A DNA stretch of 63,728 nt, counting the filler, from an uncultured bacterium (GTDB lineage: Bacteria; Latescibacterota; UBA2968): NCBI GenBank assembly GCA_964471275.1. It is 6 parts of 6 records of this genome, joined end to end, with 100 filler letters (N's around TTAATTAATTAA, not from the genome) between each part and the next. Parts side by side here need not be neighbours in the genome. Positions count along the whole stretch, not along the records: positions 21,930 to 32,771 come from CAYYGZ010000166.1; positions 32,872 to 43,180 come from CAYYGZ010000169.1; 4 more parts are not named here. One strand, given 5' to 3'. Every line of letters begins with the position of its first letter. Position 1 is the stretch's first letter. Shown here piece by piece: positions 31,047 to 39,908 of this stretch. A program made the position numbers and the translations under genes. The notes under the pieces were generated by a model. That model ran no database searches and was not told where the DNA came from. It saw nothing but the letters and a program-made list of their open reading frames with translations.

Positions 31047-31598
31047 ATGGCAGAAGAAGAGGAAGAACAGGCTGAGAGCGAGGAAGGTGGTGTGCCTCAA
31101 GAGGCGGAGGCCAGTTCCCGGCTTCCCCAGTTTATCGTTCTGATCTTTGTGATTCTCCTCGGGCAGGGCGCAGCAGCCTACTACCTGATCACGGAAGTCT
31201 ACTACCCTGGACTGATCGACGAGCCGGAGGGTGAGGCAGGCGAATCGATGCAACGTGAGCGGCCTGTCTTCGAGATTGATCAGCCCAAATTGTATGAGTT
31301 GGGTGAGATGATCATGAACCCGCCCGACAATGAGGGGATCCGGTTTCTGATGGCCAAGGTGACTATCGAAGTGGACACAGAGGAGGCACTGGCGGCGTTC
31401 GGTGATCCATTGGCTGGCACCCAGCTCCACGATCTTGTGTTCGGATTTCTTGCTAAGACGCGCTTTACGGCGATGGATGATGCAGACGAGAGGGAGACGA
31501 TCAAGGTGAAGCTGAAAGAGGAGATCAACGGGTCGCCGCTTCTGGATAAGCTTGGCGAGGTGACCAATATCTACTTCGAGCGATTTGTGGTTCAGTAA
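31047..31598 (+). CDS. fliL: Flagellar basal body-associated FliL family protein
   Basis: Acidic N-terminus, single TM, MNP...RFLMAKVTIE, and C-terminal VTNIYFERFVVQ. Confidence 0.8.
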   Translation: MAEEEEEQAESEEGGVPQEAEASSRLPQFIVLIFVILLGQGAAAYYLITEVYYPGLIDEPEGEAGESMQRERPVFEIDQPKLYELGEMIMNPPDNEGIRFLMAKVTIEVDTEEALAAFGDPLAGTQLHDLVFGFLAKTRFTAMDDADERETIKVKLKEEINGSPLLDKLGEVTNIYFERFVVQ

Positions 31599-31618
31599 CT
31601 GGCAGGACCAGAAAGCAA

Positions 31619-31654
31619 GGAAGGGGTGAGCTCAACGTCGAGCTCACCCCTTCC
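31619..31654. terminator. Bidirectional terminator hairpin between fliL and trxA
   Basis: GGAAGGGGTGAGCTC-6 nt-GAGCTCACCCCTTCC perfect inverted repeat. Confidence 0.75.
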
Positions 31655-31683
31655 GCGTGCCAATTCTACATACCCCCTGCGTG

Positions 31684-32022
31684 CTAGGCTGCCGCGGGCT
31701 CCAGAACGCCCTGGAGTTTGGATACTATCTGGCTCTTCGGCAGGGCTCCGACGATCTGCTCGGCCATCTTGCCGTCCTTGAAGATCAGGAGCGTAGGGAT
31801 GCTTCGCACGTCAAAGTCGGCGGCGAGCTGTTGTTCCGCGTCGATGTCGACCTTCCCGATTTTAAGCTTTCCATCATACTCTACGGCGAGCTCGTCGAGC
31901 ACGGGTGCAACGGCACGGCACGGGCCGCACCACGTCGCCCAAAAATCTACGAGAACGGGTGTGTCTCCCTCGATCACCTCTGCCTGAAAGTTTTCCTTCG
32001 TGAGTTCCATTGCTGCGGACAC
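31684..32022 (-). CDS. trxA: Thioredoxin
   Basis: VDFWATWCGPC and SIPTL motifs. Confidence 0.96.
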   Translation of the reverse strand: MSAAMELTKENFQAEVIEGDTPVLVDFWATWCGPCRAVAPVLDELAVEYDGKLKIGKVDIDAEQQLAADFDVRSIPTLLIFKDGKMAEQIVGALPKSQIVSKLQGVLEPAAA

Positions 32023-32120
32023 GGTATCACCACCTTTCTATCGTATTTTTATTCAATAGATCCAGTTTATAGACGTCCTGTGACCGGTAAGGTCTCAATC
32101 TATCGGGTTGCGCAATTCTG

Positions 32121-32771
32121 TCAAGATTTCCCGGTCACTGTAAGTGTCGGACTGCAGACCTCGGCAACTGTCCTGGACAGCGTTACACCGTGTGTGCGTG
32201 CTCGAGATTTTATCCGGTTATCTGCTTCAAGCAGCGTGTGGTAGGCGGACCACAATTCCTCATCGGTGAACTTTCCAGCCTGGTCACAGGTCTTTCCGAC
32301 CGTGAACGGTGGAATCTTGAGTTTGCTCGCGAACTGAGGTCGAGGCAACCCCGAATCCAGGAGCCATCTCGTCTTGCGCAGAATGCCAAAGTGCCGAATC
32401 AACAGCGCCAGAATACCGATAGGGCTGTCTCCCTGTTCGGTAAGGTTCTGCAGGAGCCGCAGCGATTTTCCCAGATCCTTGTTGCCGACAGCCTCCGTGA
32501 AATCGAATACACTGGCGTCACGAGACGATCCGATGACCCAGGCGATATCCTCCCTGGTGACGGTACGTCTCTCTCCGACGTGAAGGTCGAGCTTCTCGAG
32601 CTCATTCGCGATCGCCATCGGGTTGGCGCCCACCGATAGCGTGAGCAGGTGCGTCACCTCCGCGTCCAGTTCAAGACCCAGTTGTTGGGATCTGTTCCGG
32701 ATCCAGCCCGGCAATTCGTTGTCATACGGGATCTTGAATTCGATCGTGACGGCTGCCTTCTTGAGTGTCGC
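32121..32771 (-). CDS. holA: DNA polymerase III subunit delta (5' truncated)
   Basis: LPGWI...NELEKL...VFDFTEAV...LLEADNRIKS HolA C-terminal pattern. Confidence 0.85.
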   Translation of the reverse strand, partial: ATLKKAAVTIEFKIPYDNELPGWIRNRSQQLGLELDAEVTHLLTLSVGANPMAIANELEKLDLHVGERRTVTREDIAWVIGSSRDASVFDFTEAVGNKDLGKSLRLLQNLTEQGDSPIGILALLIRHFGILRKTRWLLDSGLPRPQFASKLKIPPFTVGKTCDQAGKFTDEELWSAYHTLLEADNRIKSRARTHGVTLSRTVAEVCSPTLTVTGKS

Positions 32772-32871
32772 NNNNNNNNNNNNNNNNNNNNNNNNNNNNN
32801 NNNNNNNNNNNNNNNTTAATTAATTAANNNNNNNNNNNNNNNNNNNNNNNNNNNNNNNNNNNNNNNNNNNN
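32772..32871. other. Artificial contig linker
   Basis: N-run with central TTAATTAATTAA. Confidence 0.98.
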
Positions 32872-32978
32872 TCGGGCTCTCGATCTTCTTCGTCAGGGAA
32901 TGGGACGTCCGACCGGTAAGCCCGATTCGGGTCGTGTCAATCAACGGCGTGTAATAGGGTACACGTTCAGGGATGGTA

Positions 32979-34214
32979 TCAAGTCGTCAAGTGTGATGGA
33001 TCGCTTCTACGTGAGGCGCTTCTGTTCGATAGAGGCACCGCAACCGTCAGCAGAAGCAGGCCCACAGCCGCTCCGGTCGCGGATACATGGATCGGGGCGA
33101 CTATCTCGTTGTCACTGAACACTGTGGAGAAGCCGAAGAGGACGGCACCGAAGCTGAGTCGTCCGAAGAGGCTCTGGATTGAGAGGTATGTGGCGCGACG
33201 GTTCTCACCGATCAAAGGCACGACTTCCGCGTGAAGTGGTGCCTGCATCAATCCACGCGGCGTGCTGCGGAGTACGAGCAGGATCGCGATCACAGGTGAC
33301 TGCATGAGAGCCATGCCGGCAATAATGGCGCTCTGGAGGACCCCTGCGAGCAGGAGGGTCATCGACGTGCCCAGACGATCACGCAATCGGATGGAATATG
33401 TGGCGGCAATGGTTGCGGCACCCATTGTGAGTGCAGTATGGATACCCGTTATGGCCGGTGTGGGAAGGCCCTCCCCGGTGTCGCTGATCAGATTCCTCAG
33501 GAAGGGCTGGTAGAACTCGTAGGGGATGTGATTGATGACCGTCATGTAGATAAAGTAGCCCATCAACCAGGCGAGCCGAGGTTTCGCAATCTCCTGGAGA
33601 CAGGATTTGACCTGTCTTGTCGCAGATTCTCTCTCACACCTGTCTTGTCTGACTTCACCGAATCGGGTTGCGATGCCCGCAGCGATGATGGAACTGCAGA
33701 GTGTCAGGATGTAGGCGAGTCGCAGGTCGACCATCGCAATAGCGCCGCCAATGAGTGCCGACGTGGCCTGCGAGATCAAGAGCGCCCGTGCAGCCCGAGC
33801 TTCTCGATCCGCGTATTCTGTATCCCGACCCAGCGAGCGCAGCACAGCAAAATGGTAGGCCGTATCCGACCCGGACCCCAGGGCCATGCCCAACGCGAGA
33901 AGGACTTGCCCGCAGGCCAAAATCTCGAAGAGACCCGAGCTGACGAAGGCCGCACAGGCTGCCATCTGTGCGATGGAACTCGCCAGGAGTACGCGCCTCG
34001 GACCGATGCGATCGGATAGGTAGCCGGTTGGCACTTCCAGAACGACGACGCTGATGTAATAGATCGACTCAAGCAGCAGGACATCGCTCAAAGAGAGGAC
34101 ACTGCTGAGGTAGAGGAAGAAGATCGGCCCCCAATAGCTGGCCTTCTGGAAGAACAGGTAGGCCGTGTAGAGTCGAACGCTTCTTTCGAGCCGAGTTTCC
34201 GGAGACCGTGTCAC
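32979..34214 (-). CDS. MFS transporter
   Basis: EVPTGYLSDRIGPRR (motif A), SGSDTA and RRATYLS; about 12 TM helices. Start overlaps the regulator stop (GTGA). Confidence 0.9.
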   Translation of the reverse strand: MTRSPETRLERSVRLYTAYLFFQKASYWGPIFFLYLSSVLSLSDVLLLESIYYISVVVLEVPTGYLSDRIGPRRVLLASSIAQMAACAAFVSSGLFEILACGQVLLALGMALGSGSDTAYHFAVLRSLGRDTEYADREARAARALLISQATSALIGGAIAMVDLRLAYILTLCSSIIAAGIATRFGEVRQDRCERESATRQVKSCLQEIAKPRLAWLMGYFIYMTVINHIPYEFYQPFLRNLISDTGEGLPTPAITGIHTALTMGAATIAATYSIRLRDRLGTSMTLLLAGVLQSAIIAGMALMQSPVIAILLVLRSTPRGLMQAPLHAEVVPLIGENRRATYLSIQSLFGRLSFGAVLFGFSTVFSDNEIVAPIHVSATGAAVGLLLLTVAVPLSNRSASRRSDPSHLTT

Positions 34215-34486
34215 TTGATGAAGCTCTTCAGCGCAATTCTGAGGTCATCGAGTGTCTCCGCTCCCCGACCTTCCTCGACCGCATCGATGATGCAATGTTC
34301 CATGTGATCCTCGAGAATCAGCCTGCCTGCCTGATCGAGCGCGCTGCGAACGGCGGCAACCTGGATCAGTACCTCACTGCAATCCCGGCCGGATTCGACC
34401 ATCGTTCGGATACTCTTGACCTGGCCCTCTATCCGAGCAAGCCGGTTCAGGACTTTTTTGTTCAGGTGTGTGTGTGAATGGGACAA
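34211..34486 (-). CDS. CsoR/RcnR family metal-sensing repressor (H-C-H-C fingerprint, InrS-like)
   Basis: HSHTH N-terminus, NRLARIEGQV, DCSEVLIQ and EDHMEHC. Confidence 0.92.
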   Translation of the reverse strand: MSHSHTHLNKKVLNRLARIEGQVKSIRTMVESGRDCSEVLIQVAAVRSALDQAGRLILEDHMEHCIIDAVEEGRGAETLDDLRIALKSFIK

Positions 34487-34592
34487 GTGGTTTCTCCGGT
34501 GTGGGAGAAGTGTATTGCGGTGTAGTGCAGTGCCTAGTGCTTGGCGCGTGGCTGAGCCCCGTACATCTCGGGGAGGGCGCGGCTGAACTCAT

Positions 34593-34609
34593 ATACCCCC
34601 AGGGGGTAT
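34593..34609. promoter_or_regulatory. CsoR/RcnR-type operator palindrome
   Basis: Perfect ATACCCCC-A-GGGGGTAT, matching the TAC-C-tract/G-tract-GTA operators of this family. About 107 nt upstream of the repressor start. Confidence 0.8.
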
Positions 34610-34722
34610 TGAGAACGTATCCATTTTTGTCTCTCCAGTCAACTATTCACGCATCAATCACTCGTCGGATCGGGTGAGACCGTGTATATTGGTGACACAT
34701 TTGACCTAAGGGAGAGGCAATC

Positions 34723-35958
34723 ATGAAACATGCATCGGTTTGCTGGCTGATTGGGTTGGCGATGCTTGCAGCCTGCAATCCTGTTCCACAGGCAATCCGT
34801 CCCGGAAAGGATGTCCAGCGTCAGGCGCAGCGCGCTCTGATTACGGCCGCTCCCGGTGACACGATTCGCTTTTCGGAGGGAACTTTCCTCTTCACCAAGA
34901 CGCTTTCGTTGGATGTTCCGGACGTGACTGTCTTGGGAGCCGGGTCAGACAAGACGATCCTCAAGTTCGAAGGTCAGGTGACAGGCTCGGGTGGCGAGGG
35001 ATTGTTGGTCACCAAGGGTGGGTTTACACTTCAGGATCTCGCCGTCGAGGATTCGCGCGGTGACGCCGTGAAGGTTTCCGGTGTGGATGGGGTGACTTTC
35101 CGGAACGTGCGTGTCGAGTGGACCGGCGGTCCTAGTCCGGACAATGGGGCGTACGGTCTATACCCCGTAGAGAGTAAGAACGTGCTCGTAGAGGGATGCG
35201 TTGCCATCGGGGCCTCCGATGCCGGCATCTATGTGGGGCAAAGCGAGAACATCATCGTTCGCAACAGTGTTTCGAAGATGAATGTTACGGGGATCGAGAT
35301 AGAGAATTCAGTCGGTGCTGACGTGTACAACAACGTGGCGACGGATAACACGGGTGGCGTGCTCATCTTCAAGCTTCCGAATCTGCCGAAGAAGGAGAGC
35401 CGTCAGTGTCGCGTGTTCAACAACGTGATTCAGTCGAACAACCGTGAAAATTTCGCCAAACCGGGAACACTGGTTTCCGGTCTTCCTCCCGGCGGCGGCT
35501 TGATCCTGATGGCGACGGACGAGGTTGAGGTGTTCGGGAACACGATCGCCGACAACGACACGGCGAATTTGTCGATCCTCAGTTTCCGTTCGACGAAGCG
35601 GAAGATCAAGGATAGGAACTTCGACCCGTTCTGCGAGAACATTCATATTCACAACAATGTCTTCAGCGGGGGTGGCACGAATCCTGTCGGCGACCTGGGG
35701 TTGGCAATCAAGGCGACCTTCGGGACAAACGGGCCCGACATCGTATATGACGGCGCCCAGGATCCCGCCAAGCGGGTGGCGGGTAAGATCTCTGAGGCGC
35801 TTGGCCTTTCAATCCACGACAACGGTGATGCCGATTTCGCGAATCTTGATCTGACAGCGATGGCGGCCGGGAAGAAGCCGAATGTGTCGACCGATCTGAG
35901 CATACACGCTGGCCAAATGCAGGCACTGCCAGCGATCCATATTGATGGAGTAGAATGA
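34723..35958 (+). CDS. Parallel beta-helix lipoprotein (partner of SO2930-type diheme cytochrome)
   Basis: Lipobox LAAC; NGAYGLYPV, GASDAGIYVGQS, GIEIENS and NTGG repeats. Confidence 0.85.
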   Translation: MKHASVCWLIGLAMLAACNPVPQAIRPGKDVQRQAQRALITAAPGDTIRFSEGTFLFTKTLSLDVPDVTVLGAGSDKTILKFEGQVTGSGGEGLLVTKGGFTLQDLAVEDSRGDAVKVSGVDGVTFRNVRVEWTGGPSPDNGAYGLYPVESKNVLVEGCVAIGASDAGIYVGQSENIIVRNSVSKMNVTGIEIENSVGADVYNNVATDNTGGVLIFKLPNLPKKESRQCRVFNNVIQSNNRENFAKPGTLVSGLPPGGGLILMATDEVEVFGNTIADNDTANLSILSFRSTKRKIKDRNFDPFCENIHIHNNVFSGGGTNPVGDLGLAIKATFGTNGPDIVYDGAQDPAKRVAGKISEALGLSIHDNGDADFANLDLTAMAAGKKPNVSTDLSIHAGQMQALPAIHIDGVE

Positions 35959-36998
35959 CCCGATTGGTTCTCACGCTGGCGGCTATACTGACGGCCTCTT
36001 CCTGCGGGACGCCAGACTATCTGTCTGATCCGCCGAACCGGCTGTCATCCTACGGTCTCTTCGCGAATGATGGGGTATCGCAGCAGCCTGTCTACGGCGT
36101 GGTGCCTTACAAAGTGAATTCGCAGCTCTTCACGGACTACGCATACAAGCGTCGGTTCATCAAACTGCCTGGCAGCAAACCCGCCATCTACGACCCGATA
36201 AAGACTTTCGAGATGCCCGTTGGAACGATCATCGCCAAGACATTTTCCTATCCCCGGGATATGCGGGATTTATCGCTTGGTGAGCGGCTGGTCGAGACTC
36301 GACTGATGATTCACGGCCAGGATGGGTGGGGTGGTTTGACCTATATCTGGAACTTCAGGCAGAACGATGCATTCCTCGAGGTTGCCGGCCACGATGTGAT
36401 CGCTTCATGGGTCGATCAGGACGGGAACGTGATGGTAAATGACTATCAGATCCCAAACACAAATCAGTGCAAGCAATGCCACCTCATGGATGGGAAGATG
36501 GTGCCGATCGGCATCCGGGCCCGGCATCTGAACCGCGATCACGCCTACGAGACGGGCAGTGAGAACCAGCTGGTGCATTGGTCACGGAAGGGCATGCTGA
36601 CGGGCGCACCCCCTTCTGCAAAGGATGCACCGAAGCTTGCAGACTACGCAGATCCCGCAAGCGGCACGGTCGATGAGCGTGCACGCGCCTGGATTGAGAT
36701 GAACTGTGCGCACTGCCACACGCAGGGCGCTCAGGCCTGGAACACGGGGCTCGATCTGATGGCGAGCCAATCGGATTCGTCGCTCTTCGGGGTCCATAAG
36801 TCACCAACGGCGGCGGGACGTGGTACGGGCGGCCGACAGTATGATGTAGTGCCTGGTGAACCTGCACGTTCGATCTTGATGTTCCGAATCGAGTCTACGG
36901 AGCCGGATGTGGCGATGCCTGAACTCGGCAGAACTCTGGTGCACAAGGAAGGCGCTGAATTGGTCAGGCAGTGGATCGCTGGAATGGGTGAGCGCTAG
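35955..36998 (+). CDS. SO2930-family diheme c-type cytochrome lipoprotein
   Basis: Lipobox ASSC; LFTDYAYKRR, PVGTIIAKTF, CKQCH, CAHCH and MPELGR motifs. Confidence 0.85.
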   Translation: MTRLVLTLAAILTASSCGTPDYLSDPPNRLSSYGLFANDGVSQQPVYGVVPYKVNSQLFTDYAYKRRFIKLPGSKPAIYDPIKTFEMPVGTIIAKTFSYPRDMRDLSLGERLVETRLMIHGQDGWGGLTYIWNFRQNDAFLEVAGHDVIASWVDQDGNVMVNDYQIPNTNQCKQCHLMDGKMVPIGIRARHLNRDHAYETGSENQLVHWSRKGMLTGAPPSAKDAPKLADYADPASGTVDERARAWIEMNCAHCHTQGAQAWNTGLDLMASQSDSSLFGVHKSPTAAGRGTGGRQYDVVPGEPARSILMFRIESTEPDVAMPELGRTLVHKEGAELVRQWIAGMGER

Positions 36999-37375
36999 GG
37001 CAAACACAGTGATACCGTGGTCATTCCGTGCTCGCATCTACTCGGGGCGTCACCACCCGATTCGGAGTGAGCGGATGCGATACATCACTCAGGTGATCGA
37101 TGCACGGCGCATCATCGGTCGCGAATACGGCCCATTCAATAACGATTGGATACCAGAGCCAGTCTACTCAGATGCCAACGGTCGGCTTGGCTCCTGGGTT
37201 TCCCTGATCACGGGGCCTACGGGCAGCAGCTAGGTTGATGTTTCTGCGAAACCGCACACGTGGATCAGCTTTGTGCGAGGTACCGATTCACACCTTGTTG
37301 ACGGGATTCAGATGAAACATCTTCCTCCGCCCGATCATCAAACGAAGAGCTGACAGGTAGAACCTCGGTAGAGTA

Positions 37376-37393
37376 ATTTACCTACCGGTAAAT
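37376..37393. promoter_or_regulatory. Inverted repeat upstream of RND operon (TetR-like operator candidate)
   Basis: ATTTACC-TACC-GGTAAAT, 7-bp perfect arms, 26 nt before the tolC-like start. Confidence 0.45.
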
Positions 37394-37419
37394 AAAATAA
37401 CTATCAAGGGAGTAGATTC

Positions 37420-38760
37420 ATGCGGATTCTGGTGTTGGGATGTCTTCTTTTTCTTATTACGGTTACGGACACGCACGCACGCGTTGTGACTCTGGATCTG
37501 GCGGTTGCGCTTGCCCTTGACAACAATGAAGAGATGCAGCTTGCGGACCAGGACCGATTGCGAGCACGCGAGGAGATTCGGGAGGGATGGTCGAATGCTT
37601 TGCCGGACATTCGCGTGATCAGCAACTACGACCGCTCGTGGGTGCTGCCGACGTTCGTGTTTGACACCCCCGACGGGCAGCAGTCCTTTACGATCGGCAC
37701 GTCGAACAGCATCACGAGCACGATCCGGTTGCAGCAGTTGCTGTTTTCAAGCGGGCGCGTGGGTGCCGCGTTGCGGGCTGCACGTGCGTTCAAGGACTTC
37801 ACGACACAGGGCTACGAGCTCTCCCGGCAGTCTGTCGCGGCGAGGGCCGAGGTTGCGTTCTACGATGCCATGTTGGCTGAGTCGCTCGTCGAGGTTGTGG
37901 ATGAAGCACTGCGTCTGGCAGGCGCGAACCTCGCCCAGGTGCAATCTCTGAAGCGTGCCGGCCGTGTTTCCGACTATGATCTGTTCCGAGCGGAGGTCCA
38001 GGTATCCGGGCTCCGTCCCGATTCGATTCAGGCGGTGAAGGGCGTCGAGATTGCCCGGATGAACCTGCGTGACATTATCGGGATCGAGCAATCAGAGGAT
38101 ATTGTACTGAGCGGCACCTTCCGGTCCGTTACTGAACTCAACCTCGCGAATCTGGCGCGTGTGACCGACTCGGGTATCCAGTCCCGGCCAGAACTTCAGC
38201 AGGCTTCTCTCGAGGTTCATATCAGGGATGCCGCCATACGCGCTCAGAAGTCGGAACTGCGACCGTCGCTCGATTTAGTCGCAACGGCCCAGCTCGCCGT
38301 CCAGAGCAACGACCTCGGCTTCTCCAAGGACGAAGCGCAGGAGAGCTGGGTCACGGGTGTCAGTCTCAGTATCCCGCTCTTTGATGGCCTGCGGAATCGA
38401 GCCCTGGTAAACAAAGCGAAGGTAGACAAGCGCAAGGCTCAGATACAAGTTGATCGGCTGCAAAAACAGGTGCGCCTCGAGATTCGGCAGGCCTGGTTTG
38501 ATGTGAGAGAGGCAGCCGAGCGGGTTGAGGCGCAGGGCCGAGTGGTCTCTCAGGCAGAGAAGGGCGAACGTATTGCGCATTCGAGATACGGGAACGGCTT
38601 TGGGACACAGCTCGAGGTGCTGGATGCCCAGCTTGTGTTGACCCGGAGCAAGAGTGAATTCGTACGTGCACAACGAGATCGAGCGGTGTCGCTGGTGAAC
38701 CTTGAAAGATCCGTCGGTTTGCGGGTCGATCGCACGGGGCAGGTTTCGACGGACAGGTGA
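37420..38760 (+). CDS. TolC family outer membrane efflux protein
   Basis: Signal peptide and two OEP repeats (ALDNN...LP; YGNGFGTQLEVLDAQ). Confidence 0.92.
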   Translation: MRILVLGCLLFLITVTDTHARVVTLDLAVALALDNNEEMQLADQDRLRAREEIREGWSNALPDIRVISNYDRSWVLPTFVFDTPDGQQSFTIGTSNSITSTIRLQQLLFSSGRVGAALRAARAFKDFTTQGYELSRQSVAARAEVAFYDAMLAESLVEVVDEALRLAGANLAQVQSLKRAGRVSDYDLFRAEVQVSGLRPDSIQAVKGVEIARMNLRDIIGIEQSEDIVLSGTFRSVTELNLANLARVTDSGIQSRPELQQASLEVHIRDAAIRAQKSELRPSLDLVATAQLAVQSNDLGFSKDEAQESWVTGVSLSIPLFDGLRNRALVNKAKVDKRKAQIQVDRLQKQVRLEIRQAWFDVREAAERVEAQGRVVSQAEKGERIAHSRYGNGFGTQLEVLDAQLVLTRSKSEFVRAQRDRAVSLVNLERSVGLRVDRTGQVSTDR

Positions 38761-38849
38761 GGCATTTCGTAGAGTATGTGGTCGTCTTCTAATTGGAAGC
38801 TTGGATACCGGTTGATTGGCTGATCAGCACTGATATGAGGAGTGGGTTG

Positions 38850-39908
38850 ATGAGAAGAGCAACATTAGTGTGGACGGCAGCAGTGCTTGCGCTGCTGGTC
38901 AAGGGGTGTGGGGGCGATCAGGATGTGGTGGAGGCAACGCCGTCAGACACGTCGGCAATCAAGGCGACGAACGTTGCGGCGATGACTGCGAAGCCGGATT
39001 CGCTGACGCAGGTAAGCCGTTATCCGGCATCTGTCGAGGCTTGGCGAGATGTACAGTTGAGTTTTCTGGAATCAGGTCCGGTGCTCACGATTCTCGTGGA
39101 TCTTGGAGATATCGTCGAGAAGGGACAGGTTCTGGCAACGCTGCATACCAGCCTGTTGGACGCGGCCCTGATCGAGGCGAAAGCAGGAGCCAAGTTCAGC
39201 CGGTACAACTACCAGAAGTCGGAGCAGTTGTATGAAGAGGGCACGATCTCAGAACGTGATCTACTCCAGTCCGAGTATGACCGCAAGCGTGCCGAATCAA
39301 ATCTGGCTACGATCGAGCAGCGCCTGATAAACAGTACGCTGCTGGCCCCGTTCTCGGGTACGATCGCGGGGAGAAATATCGAAGTTGGCCACCTGGTCGG
39401 CCCCAGTCAGTCTGCGATCCAGTTGGTCCAGTGGGGCCGGGTAAAGATGCGCGCGTGGGTCTCGGAGTCCGAGGTGGCCGATTTTGCACGGGGTCGCGAG
39501 GTAGATGTCAGGCTGGATGCCCTCCCCGGCAACACCTATTCAGGCGAAGTTGGTCGCATAGGCCCTGTGGGCGATGCCAAACGGAGGGTGTTCCCGATCG
39601 AAGTCCATATTGACAATGCGAACGGTGAAATCCGACCGGGTATGATGGGGAAGCTAGTCATCCGCCGGAGGACGCACGAGAATGCGATTGTGATTCCACG
39701 GGAAGCACTCGTAGAACGTGAAACGGGTCCAGTCGCTTTTGTGATCGATGGTGACATCGTGAGCTCGAGACCGGTTACGGTCGGGCCCGGACAGGGGAAT
39801 CGGGTGATTGCGTTGGCGGGGTTGCGGGCAGGCGAACGGGTAGTGGTCGCGGGTGCCCGAGACCTGATCGACGGTGAGCGTGTGATCGTGAAGGAGATAC
39901 GCGAATGA
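38850..39908 (+). CDS. RND efflux periplasmic adaptor subunit
   Basis: Lipobox-like VKGC; VEKGQVLA, APFSG, RPGM, IPREA and GLRAGE motifs. SD GAGGAG upstream. Confidence 0.92.
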   Translation: MRRATLVWTAAVLALLVKGCGGDQDVVEATPSDTSAIKATNVAAMTAKPDSLTQVSRYPASVEAWRDVQLSFLESGPVLTILVDLGDIVEKGQVLATLHTSLLDAALIEAKAGAKFSRYNYQKSEQLYEEGTISERDLLQSEYDRKRAESNLATIEQRLINSTLLAPFSGTIAGRNIEVGHLVGPSQSAIQLVQWGRVKMRAWVSESEVADFARGREVDVRLDALPGNTYSGEVGRIGPVGDAKRRVFPIEVHIDNANGEIRPGMMGKLVIRRRTHENAIVIPREALVERETGPVAFVIDGDIVSSRPVTVGPGQGNRVIALAGLRAGERVVVAGARDLIDGERVIVKEIRE

